Origin: a virus | DNA: 64,000 bases | Strand: one strand, 5' to 3' | Virus record (IMG/VR): IMGVR_UViG_3300032116_000088 | Span: 1-64,000 of that record | In this document: positions 56,148 to 64,000 of the stretch, piece by piece | Numbering within the stretch: the first letter of the stretch is position 1 | Layout: every line of letters starts with the position of its first letter | Translations under genes and position numbers: made by a program | The notes under the pieces: model-generated | The model's input: only the letters and a program-made list of their open reading frames with translations | Told to the model about the DNA's origin: nothing | Databases searched by the model: none

Positions 56148-56494
56148 TGCCGTATACATTTGATGGACGTTACGACTATACTAAGCCTTGGACTAAGGCC
56201 CCAATGCAACCAAAATGGTCGTATAATGGACCTTGGGCAAGTAATGAAGAAAGACTTACACAACAAGCTTTGATGGTAATGACAGTTCCAGGAGTACAAA
56301 TTCAACAAATGGTAAAAGCCCCATTGCCTCAAATACAGTTATTTCCGGCTAGGTACGGCTATGGTGACCGTCAACAGCCAGGAATTGATGATGTTGTTAG
56401 TATTAATAGAAATTATGTTGAACCTAGAATTTCTTGGTATTCCGGTGGAGTAGCGGGCTCTTTGGGTGCAAGCAGAAATAGTTTGGAGAGTAAC
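56147..56494 (+). CDS. Hypothetical protein
   Basis: TAATG start at 56147; ends at or just before the next ATG (end approximate; ORF track gives 56497). Confidence 0.55.
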
Positions 56495-56496
56495 TA

Positions 56497-58395
56497 ATGG
56501 GTATGAAAGAATTTGGTGAAGGCCACAAAGGAGCCGGAGGCGCACCAGTACCACCAGCCGAACCTACTGTTGTTGCATCCGAAGGAACTACAGGCGCATT
56601 AACTCCAGAAGAAATGAAAAGCCGCCTATCCGCTCAAGCATCGACCCCAACTAGAACCCCCTATATTCCTGGGCAAAAAGTTGAACAAGATGTTGTACTT
56701 GATAAGCCAGCTGAACGTCCAAGCATAACTGAAAAAGGAACAGGAAAAGTTCTAAACGTTCGTTACCCTGAAGACTTTGAAGCATCTACTGCAGGACAAA
56801 ACGCCAAAAACCTCTGGAAACTTAAAGGAAATGCCGTTATTGGAGAAACTCACGATTTAAATGGAAATCCTATAGCAGATACATTTGTTCAAAAGATGAG
56901 TGCTCCAGTAACTGTAGGGGCATCCTCAGAGAAACCATCAAGAAAATCTAGAGAAGCAACAGTTCTTTCTAATAGACCAGCACCACAAAGTGAGTACGAA
57001 GCTCAACTAATTGCTAGAAGAACAGCTGCTGGGTCTACAAGACCATCAAGAACTCAAGCAAGTATATATAAGTCTGCCAGCGAAAACCTTAGACTACTAG
57101 AGGACCACTGGAATAAAGTACACACATTGCTTGGTGGAAATGATGAGACTGGTGAAAAAGACTTAGATATTAATCACCCAGTGTTTGCTGCCCACGTCAG
57201 AATTGGTGGAAATCTAGCTGCAGCAAGAATGTCATTAATAAATTCTAAAAATGCAGCACTACAAAATAACACCGAAGAAGCAATTAGGCATTTAACAGAT
57301 GCTACCCATATGATTCACGCTGCTAATAGTGCGGATGGCGGAATGCACTCTTCAGAGTATTACACCAGTGCAGGAAGTTTGCCTCCAGTAGGAACAGCAG
57401 GAACAGATAAAGACCGTGCACATATGGTTGTAGAGTACCCTACAGCAAAAACCGCAGGGGCATTGATACCTTCAGTAAAACTTGGTAGATACGGTAGTGT
57501 GGAAAACACTCAAGCTAATTTTGAAAAAGTAGAGAATCTTAGAAGAAAACTAAGAGCCAACGACCCTTCTGTATCTGGAGTAAACAGGCAACTATTTAAC
57601 AGAGTTTATAGAATGCTTAAAAAAGGAACCGCTGTCGGTGGTGCTGAATTTAGTAGAGAACTTGGAACAGGAACAAATGTTGCTGGACAAGATGCCATTA
57701 ATCCAGCCGCATTAAAGACAGAAGGTGTTGTAAACATAAGCGAAGCCAACAAGGGCGGAGCTAGAGGAGACATCTCTAAAGGTGAACCTCAGCAGTTTGT
57801 ATATGTACACCCAGACGCTATGCCAGGTAATGCTGTAGCATTCTTTAATAAAGAAACTGGAAAAACTTCCTTCCATGTTGATGGTGGTCCTCCAATAAAG
57901 AGACCAAGTACTCCTCCAATTGCAGTTCCTTATGGACAACACTTATTTAAAAAGGTAGTTGACAGAGAAGGAATGGAAATTCCTCATCTAAAAGATGATG
58001 GAACTCCATTAAGTTTTGAAGAACTTAAGGATGCAGGAGCTCTTACACAAACAGTAACTCCAGTAGCAGCAGCTCCATCTGCTGCTCAAGCCCCTAAGCC
58101 AAAAGCAGAAGCTAAACCAGAGCCACGTTCATGGGATGTTCTTACTAAAGAGCAAAGAGAGGCTGCGGCTCAAAAAGCGGCTGACCGTAAAGCAGAAACT
58201 GACAAGCAGCTATCTGATATTGATGCCCAGATATCCCAACTTCCATCCGTATTAAATAAAGCCTATGAATGGAAACTATCCCAAAAGAAAACAAGGACAA
58301 AGGGACCTAGAAAAACTGGACGTAAAAACATGACAGATGCAGAGCTTATTGCAGAAGCCTTGACTCAAGGCGTTACAAGGTCTGAAGGAAAGTAA
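56497..58395 (+). CDS. Large orphan protein, possible internal virion protein
   Basis: 632 aa, low complexity, contains the HLTDA helical motif. Confidence 0.7.
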   Translation: MGMKEFGEGHKGAGGAPVPPAEPTVVASEGTTGALTPEEMKSRLSAQASTPTRTPYIPGQKVEQDVVLDKPAERPSITEKGTGKVLNVRYPEDFEASTAGQNAKNLWKLKGNAVIGETHDLNGNPIADTFVQKMSAPVTVGASSEKPSRKSREATVLSNRPAPQSEYEAQLIARRTAAGSTRPSRTQASIYKSASENLRLLEDHWNKVHTLLGGNDETGEKDLDINHPVFAAHVRIGGNLAAARMSLINSKNAALQNNTEEAIRHLTDATHMIHAANSADGGMHSSEYYTSAGSLPPVGTAGTDKDRAHMVVEYPTAKTAGALIPSVKLGRYGSVENTQANFEKVENLRRKLRANDPSVSGVNRQLFNRVYRMLKKGTAVGGAEFSRELGTGTNVAGQDAINPAALKTEGVVNISEANKGGARGDISKGEPQQFVYVHPDAMPGNAVAFFNKETGKTSFHVDGGPPIKRPSTPPIAVPYGQHLFKKVVDREGMEIPHLKDDGTPLSFEELKDAGALTQTVTPVAAAPSAAQAPKPKAEAKPEPRSWDVLTKEQREAAAQKAADRKAETDKQLSDIDAQISQLPSVLNKAYEWKLSQKKTRTKGPRKTGRKNMTDAELIAEALTQGVTRSEGK

Positions 58396-58397
58396 TT

Positions 58398-60191
58398 ATG
58401 GCAAAATTAACAAAAGCAGAACAAGAGTTTTTGGCAAAGAAAAAAGCCGCTAGTCAAGAAAAGTCTACAGCTAAAGCGACTAAGAAAAAACAAGACAAAG
58501 CAGCTGTAACTAAAGAGCAACTTCTAGAGCAGATTAAGCAAGCGGGAGAAAGAAAAGCTAGCAAAGATGCTGAAACAAGAAATATTCTTGAAAATGGAGA
58601 TGTTTCTGCTAACGAACTTGGTGGAGATACTTTAGGGTTTGGAAATCCTAGTAGCCAGTTAAGTAGTAATTATAACTATCACAAAGCATTTTTAGCTCTA
58701 CATAATGACTTAAGCTTTAGAGTTCAAGGAATTCAAGATGATTTAAGAGATTCTGCAACTAAAAAAGCAAAGGAAGCAGCAGCTAAGCAGTCAGAAGAGC
58801 TTGGAAGAAAAGTTGATGTAGATAATTTGGTAAACGAAAAAGGAGAAAGAATTTCCTTTATTGATACTAGAGTTCAAAAAAATATTGACCCAATTAACTA
58901 TCACCTATCTGCCGCTTATAAAAAGTATTCTGATTCTGTAGAGGCGCACAAAGCAGGAAAAGCGTTATCTTCAGTTCAGCATTTAACTGATGCTTCTGAC
59001 CATTTAGCTGCAGCTATAAACCTTTTTAAAAACAATTTCAGTACTCAAAAATATGGAAAAATAGCTAAATTTAAAGGTGATAAAACCTTTAATATTAACA
59101 ATGACAGTGACAATTTGTTGAACAATATTGTTAATGGGTATACGGACCACGCTTTTGAGAGGGCAACAGCTTCTGGAGATTTAAAGCCATCGGTGGCAGA
59201 AAAAGCTCGTACTATATTAAGTCAATCAGAAGGTTCAGGTCAAATTAGGCAATATGGTCAAATCACTGCACCTCAAGAAAAGCTTGCTGTACCCCAGTAT
59301 GCTGTAACTCAAACAAGAGAAGAAAAAGCAGAAGCAGCAAAGCAAGCTGAAGAAAAAAGACAAAAAAGACTTTCTTCAATACGTATGACTAAAGCTCAAC
59401 TAGGACAAATCAACATAGTAAAACCAGCAACTGATACAAGTGGTGTTGAAGGGTTTATTGGAACTTCCGGATACGATTCCGAAGAATACCAAAAAAACTT
59501 TAATCTTCGTTGGAAGAGCGAGCAAATTATGCCAGCATTTCAAAAGGATGAAGAAAGAACTGCAAATTCAGCTGCAGAAGTTGGTAAGCAGTATGAGCCA
59601 AAAACTTTTGTTGGGTCTCTAGCACATCAAAATCCAGATGAATGGCACAAATTAAAGCAAGTAAAAGACCACTGGGTTTCTAAGGGAAATCGTCCAGAAG
59701 ATTTTGAAGGAAGCTCTGGACATATTGACCCAGATTCCTATATAAAAGAAAATAAATTGGATGTATCCGAGATTACACCGTCTATGGATACTATTAAAAA
59801 GTGGGCAAGACTTACGACCTCTATAGATTCCTCTGGAAAAGTAGTAAACATGGAAGGGTTTGTTCCTACTGCCGCAGAAACAGCAAGAGCAAATACTCAA
59901 GAAAAGTTGGCTAAACCAGGAGAGTGGGTTGGAGTTCCTGAAGATATTAATAGACGGCAAGCTGCAAGGGCTTCAAGAGGCGTTGTTGAGATAAAGGCCT
60001 CACGGTCATCCGAATTTTTAAAAACAGCTGACTCATCAAAATTGGGTTCTGATATGGAGCAAGAACCTGAAGCTACTGCGTCAGATGTTTTAAAAACCGA
60101 ACAGGAAAAAATTATAAATAAACCAGTTACTGATACAGGAGTAGTTACAGGTGGGTTAAACTCACACTTTGATACAGGAAGAGGTGTCTAA
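58398..60191 (+). CDS. Large orphan protein, possible internal virion protein
   Basis: 597 aa, Lys/Ala/Glu-rich, contains the HLTDA helical motif. Confidence 0.7.
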   Translation: MAKLTKAEQEFLAKKKAASQEKSTAKATKKKQDKAAVTKEQLLEQIKQAGERKASKDAETRNILENGDVSANELGGDTLGFGNPSSQLSSNYNYHKAFLALHNDLSFRVQGIQDDLRDSATKKAKEAAAKQSEELGRKVDVDNLVNEKGERISFIDTRVQKNIDPINYHLSAAYKKYSDSVEAHKAGKALSSVQHLTDASDHLAAAINLFKNNFSTQKYGKIAKFKGDKTFNINNDSDNLLNNIVNGYTDHAFERATASGDLKPSVAEKARTILSQSEGSGQIRQYGQITAPQEKLAVPQYAVTQTREEKAEAAKQAEEKRQKRLSSIRMTKAQLGQINIVKPATDTSGVEGFIGTSGYDSEEYQKNFNLRWKSEQIMPAFQKDEERTANSAAEVGKQYEPKTFVGSLAHQNPDEWHKLKQVKDHWVSKGNRPEDFEGSSGHIDPDSYIKENKLDVSEITPSMDTIKKWARLTTSIDSSGKVVNMEGFVPTAAETARANTQEKLAKPGEWVGVPEDINRRQAARASRGVVEIKASRSSEFLKTADSSKLGSDMEQEPEATASDVLKTEQEKIINKPVTDTGVVTGGLNSHFDTGRGV

Positions 60192-60394
60192 TGGATGACG
60201 GAGACGGCTCATTAACCCTTGAACTTCAAGCATTTCAAGTAGCTAAAAATTCAATTAATTACAGAGGCTCAGCCCCTTGTCCACAATGTGGTATTGTAAT
60301 GAACCCAGTTCAATACATGTATGATGCTTTAGGAACTTGTCCTGATTGTAGCGAAAAACGACGTCAGGACCGTATCAGAAGAAAAATGGTTTAA
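60191..60394 (+). CDS. Small zinc-ribbon protein
   Basis: CPQC...CPDC. Confidence 0.65.
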   Translation: MDDGDGSLTLELQAFQVAKNSINYRGSAPCPQCGIVMNPVQYMYDALGTCPDCSEKRRQDRIRRKMV

Positions 60395-60780
60395 TGACAC
60401 ACCCAGCATTTAATCAGGCACATAATCTACTATGGCACATGGTGGATTACGCCAATATACACGGTCGTAATTTAGGTTTTGATAATGTTGATAAAATTAC
60501 TGGACATTTAAGAAACGCCATGAATGCCTTACAGTCAGCGGATACGCAGCATAAGACCCAACCTTTTAGCACATCTGCTATGCTAGAACTAAAGGATGCA
60601 GGCCACCATTTAAACCAAGCTGCTAAAGCATTTGATATTAGGGATGAAATGGGTCAAAGGGTAGACTATCCTTTAAGTACAGATATTTTGCAAGCCCAAA
60701 TGGGTGAGCAGCAAAAAGAGTTCGTAGATAACTATGCGAACGATATGAATGAAGGAAGAAAAAATGGCCGTAAATACTAG
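60394..60780 (+). CDS. His-rich helical protein (stand-alone version of the shared domain)
   Basis: ITGHLRNA...ELKDAGHHLNQA. Confidence 0.65.
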   Translation: MTHPAFNQAHNLLWHMVDYANIHGRNLGFDNVDKITGHLRNAMNALQSADTQHKTQPFSTSAMLELKDAGHHLNQAAKAFDIRDEMGQRVDYPLSTDILQAQMGEQQKEFVDNYANDMNEGRKNGRKY

Positions 60781-60976
60781 CCGTTCAATGAACGAAAGTT
60801 TAGACGCAGGCGCAACTGATGGTAAGTACCGTAAAGTTCGCCCAAACACCGAGGTTCTAGACCACGATGGTCATGAAAAAACCTTAGATAACCGTCAGCT
60901 ACTACACCCATTTGCTGGATATGGATTTGTTACGTCAGAAGCACCAGATTCGTCTAAAGTAAACCCAGGCAAATAA
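60764..60976 (+). CDS. Hypothetical small protein
   Basis: SD GAAGGA before ATG 60764. Confidence 0.65.
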   Translation: MAVNTSRSMNESLDAGATDGKYRKVRPNTEVLDHDGHEKTLDNRQLLHPFAGYGFVTSEAPDSSKVNPGK

Positions 60977-60994
60977 TTTTAAGAGAGTAATATA

Positions 60995-62782
60995 ATGGCT
61001 AAACCTCCTAGCGGTTCAGGTTCTCCTAGAAAAAGAGCACCTAGAACCGGAACTAAAAACCAACCTCTTGCAGTACCGGAAACATTAACAACCCCAATTG
61101 AAGCTAGTAGTCCGGAAAATGCTGAAAAACTTAAAGCCGCCCTTGCTGCGAGTCAACAGGGCGATGTTTTAGTTCCAAAAACTAGAGAATCAGAAACCGA
61201 GTTTAGAGCCTCAAGACCTGTCACAGATTACGTTAAAAGTGATTTAGAAAGACAACTTTCTTTTGAAAACAGTATAAAAGAAGATGTTCCGGTCAATCCA
61301 GTAAAGGCTCAAAGAAGCAGAGATAGAGCTAGTGTAACCAGAGCATTTGGACCAACTTCTGTAGCTAGGTCAACTGCTATTAACTATAATTATCCTCAAA
61401 TTGCAAGTAGAATTTCTGTTGAACAAGTTCCACAGGACGCAACAATAAGGGGAATGGACGACTCTGTAACTCCAGACCCAGATGCTGGAAAAATATTTGT
61501 TAAAAGAGGTGAACCAGTATTTTCAGAAACCCCTACATCAGTAAGCCCTGGACAACCTGTTACTAGCCCACTATTTACTTCTAGACAAGAAGCAAATAGA
61601 AGACAGTTAAATAAACAGCAAAGATTAGCTCAACAAGCTAGCTACGGTCCTGAATATATGGACTCTTTGAAAGAAGCATATAAGTTTCATTTTCCTGGGA
61701 GTAAACTTCCTATGGATGAGCACGGCCTTTTTGACCATAACTTCGCGCACACAGCAATAGACTCAAAAATAAAAGCAGATGAACAAAAAGTTCAAGAAGA
61801 AAAAGAAAAAAATGCCCCTAGAAGGGTTGAACCAAAAGTTTCTTCTGGTATTGATTTAACAGTTAGTCCATCACCATCGATTCCTAACCAGATGATGTGG
61901 AGAGATGTCTTTAGACCTCTTGAAGGTGTTAAAACTGCCATGCCACATAGCCACAAAGTAGAATTAAAAAGTGATGGAAGTGCAGTTGTAACTCCTGTTT
62001 CAACTTCTCCAGGCTTGCCTGCCCCTGTTGAAATGCCTCAAAATGCAACAACAATTCCTGCAAATAAACCAATAACTGCAGAGCATTATGAAGACACAGG
62101 AAAAGAACACGTTGTAAATGGTCAGCGTGTATTTGCATACAATAAAATTATTACACCTTATTCAAGAACTAACAATAACGGCGTAGGTGGTCTATTAAGG
62201 GGCGCTCCACAGGTAGCACCAGGAACATTTTATCGTCACCCAGACACTGGAGAAATTGTTCAAACATTTGAGCAGCCTCAAGAACAGAAACAATCAGCAG
62301 TGGAAATGCATCACGCCGCATTATTTGTTAAATATGCACCTTCTTCCTCCTACGGTAATAAAGAAGATAGATATAGACAAACAGGAAGCACAAGCCGTAA
62401 TTGGACAAGAGACGCACTACAAAAAGCAATTAAATCAGTTCGTAATGGTGATGTTGCAGGAACTATGCGGGATTTAGAGCAAAATCCAGATTATATTCAC
62501 GATTTATTTAAAGAACATTTTCAAGTATTACCTGCAAAGCGTGCAGCATATCGCGAATATCTTGCAAAGCAAAAAGAGGATGAGACCAGTGTTCCAGAAA
62601 AACTTCCAGAAATTAATCAGGCAGATTTAGAAGCGCAAAAAAGAGAAATTAAAAATGCAGCACAAATAGCAAGTTCATTTGGCCGTTTTGCTTCTCCAGA
62701 TAGCGGAACGTTGTCTGGTCTAGGAAATGCCGCCAGAGCACAACGAGCAAAGAATAGAAGCGAAAGATTAAAAGGATTTTAG
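60995..62782 (+). CDS. Large Pro/Ser/Thr-rich orphan protein
   Basis: 595-aa ORF. Confidence 0.7.
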   Translation: MAKPPSGSGSPRKRAPRTGTKNQPLAVPETLTTPIEASSPENAEKLKAALAASQQGDVLVPKTRESETEFRASRPVTDYVKSDLERQLSFENSIKEDVPVNPVKAQRSRDRASVTRAFGPTSVARSTAINYNYPQIASRISVEQVPQDATIRGMDDSVTPDPDAGKIFVKRGEPVFSETPTSVSPGQPVTSPLFTSRQEANRRQLNKQQRLAQQASYGPEYMDSLKEAYKFHFPGSKLPMDEHGLFDHNFAHTAIDSKIKADEQKVQEEKEKNAPRRVEPKVSSGIDLTVSPSPSIPNQMMWRDVFRPLEGVKTAMPHSHKVELKSDGSAVVTPVSTSPGLPAPVEMPQNATTIPANKPITAEHYEDTGKEHVVNGQRVFAYNKIITPYSRTNNNGVGGLLRGAPQVAPGTFYRHPDTGEIVQTFEQPQEQKQSAVEMHHAALFVKYAPSSSYGNKEDRYRQTGSTSRNWTRDALQKAIKSVRNGDVAGTMRDLEQNPDYIHDLFKEHFQVLPAKRAAYREYLAKQKEDETSVPEKLPEINQADLEAQKREIKNAAQIASSFGRFASPDSGTLSGLGNAARAQRAKNRSERLKGF

Positions 62783-62791
62783 TCCTTTTAC

Positions 62792-62819
62792 TTGCATTTA
62801 TTACTAAATATAGTAGTAT
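62792..62819 (+). promoter_or_regulatory. SigA-like promoter TTGCAT-N16-TAGTAT
   Basis: AT-rich intergenic region followed by SD AAGGAG. Confidence 0.5.
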
Positions 62820-62847
62820 ATAAGTATCACTAATAAGGAGTATAAAC

Positions 62848-63045
62848 ATGGAAACCAATGCCGCTCAAAATGCCTTAAATAAACTAAAAGAAGCTGCCCC
62901 AGAATACGCTGAGCGTTGGGAAGTCAATCCTAAATATGATGTTCCACATCTAGGCCCGTATATCTACGTTGATGATAATACCGGCCATATAACTAGCCAA
63001 CAAATGGGATTAAAGTATTACGGTAAGGAAAACAATGACGGATAA
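62848..63045 (+). CDS. Hypothetical small protein
   Basis: SD AAGGAG. Confidence 0.65.
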   Translation: METNAAQNALNKLKEAAPEYAERWEVNPKYDVPHLGPYIYVDDNTGHITSQQMGLKYYGKENNDG

Positions 63046-63592
63046 ACCAATAATTGGTTCAAAGCCAATAGATGGACCAGTAATTCGCCTACTTCGTTGT
63101 ATGGTGTGTGAAACCTGGGAAGAACTACCAGACTACGAGGGTCCATCTAATTTTGATTATTTATTAGAGATTTCTCTAGAAAAACATAAGTTTCCATCGG
63201 GAGACCCTCACGTAGGAAAACTGTTTAAAGTACCAGTAAAGTCGTGGGCTAATCCAGAGCAAAAGCAGGCAATTCTAAAGCAATTGGCTACGGGTGGTTC
63301 TAAAGGTTTAGATGAACTAGACCCTAATAAAAAGTTTTATGAAACAAAAATGACATTCGCTGAGGATGCCATGAATTGTTGGGTTGCACATAATAAAGTT
63401 ACAACAAACTGTGAAGATTATGAATCGCCTAAAAAGCGTTTGTTACCTGATACAGCAGTTGAACGTAAAGAGCTGGGATTACCAAAGCCAGAACATTTGG
63501 AAGGGCCCCAGGTCTACACTTGCCATTTCTGTCCCTACCATGGTAAAGTGTTAGAACGTAAACGCCAATTTCTTGGCCTATATAACAAATAA
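63035..63592 (+). CDS. Cys/His-containing hypothetical protein
   Basis: CMVC...H...H; C...H...C...CHFC. Confidence 0.7.
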   Translation: MTDKPIIGSKPIDGPVIRLLRCMVCETWEELPDYEGPSNFDYLLEISLEKHKFPSGDPHVGKLFKVPVKSWANPEQKQAILKQLATGGSKGLDELDPNKKFYETKMTFAEDAMNCWVAHNKVTTNCEDYESPKKRLLPDTAVERKELGLPKPEHLEGPQVYTCHFCPYHGKVLERKRQFLGLYNK

Positions 63593-63600
63593 GGAATAAC

Positions 63601-63909
63601 ATGGAAAACAATAAAAAAGAAGTAAAAAAGCAATTTGTAGTTAACATTTATGTAGATGACACTTTCTCGGTGGATTTGGCTAAGCCAGAAGATTCACCAG
63701 AAACTCAACAGGACGCAACTGTAGCTGATGTTTATCAGTGGGCTCACCAGTTGATTAAAGAAATTGATGACCAGCGTCTTGTAGAGCGTTTTGCATCAAC
63801 ATTAGTTCAGTTGCTAACACCACCGCAGGAAGCATCGGTTCCTGATGTAATTAGCGAAAAGCTAGCAGAGCGTGGAATTAAACCAGAAAGCTCAGAAGAA
63901 ACCGCCTAA
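63601..63909 (+). CDS. Hypothetical protein
   Basis: SD AAGGA. Confidence 0.65.
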   Translation: MENNKKEVKKQFVVNIYVDDTFSVDLAKPEDSPETQQDATVADVYQWAHQLIKEIDDQRLVERFASTLVQLLTPPQEASVPDVISEKLAERGIKPESSEETA

Positions 63910-63918
63910 ACTAATTAT

Positions 63919-64000
63919 ATGAGCAATCCTACTTCATATTTCAGCGCACCCTCGACCGAATTAGACCCAAAGCTATTTAATGGCAGGTCTCTAAGGTCTT
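63919..64000 (+). CDS. Partial ORF (MSNPTSYFSAPSTELDPKLF...), runs off the window; possibly leaderless
   Basis: TAAACT 6 nt before the ATG, no SD; open to the window end. Confidence 0.55.
   Translation, partial: MSNPTSYFSAPSTELDPKLFNGRSLRS

Noticed and set aside
556-63647. All minus-strand ORFs in the track (e.g. 8651-9148, 26104-26502, 41603-42064) and short nested + strand ORFs
   Set aside because: They lie within well-supported + strand genes, lack RBSs and motifs, and are explained as shadows of codon bias

Overview
64 kb of a tailed dsDNA bacteriophage with a contractile (myovirus-type) tail. All credible genes are on the + strand, densely packed, often with TAATG/ATGA coupling; the sequence is AT-rich (roughly 40% GC by eye). 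Gene order: lysis (M23 peptidase, holin-like) - TerL - portal - scaffold - major capsid - head-tail adaptor - collagen/fibre proteins - head closure - a chain of 12 micro-ORFs (11 Lys-rich) - tail terminator, sheath, tube, chaperone, tape measure, baseplate - replication (DnaC-like loader, DnaB, primase, SNF2 helicase, SSB, PolA) - recombination (RecA, Hjc-like, Cas4-like, RuvC) - WhiB, SpoVS - an ~8 kb block of unannotatable, largely low-complexity proteins. WhiB and a DUF732-like lipoprotein point to an actinobacterial host, probably a low-GC freshwater lineage (inference). No integrase, tRNA, CRISPR array or reverse transcriptase was seen. Main leads: (1) the translationally coupled cassette of basic/Cys micro-proteins, four of them missing from the ORF track; (2) one beta-module inserted into five different virion proteins and apparently nested five-deep in baseplate J; (3) a candidate +1 frameshift at UUU_CGC in the tail chaperone; (4) hairpins with anti-Shine-Dalgarno loops; (5) a possible daisy-chain docking code among fibre proteins; (6) a fixed-spacing late-promoter motif; (7) a His-containing helical domain shared by three orphan proteins; (8) apparent GATC avoidance. 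All family assignments come from motif recognition, not database searches.
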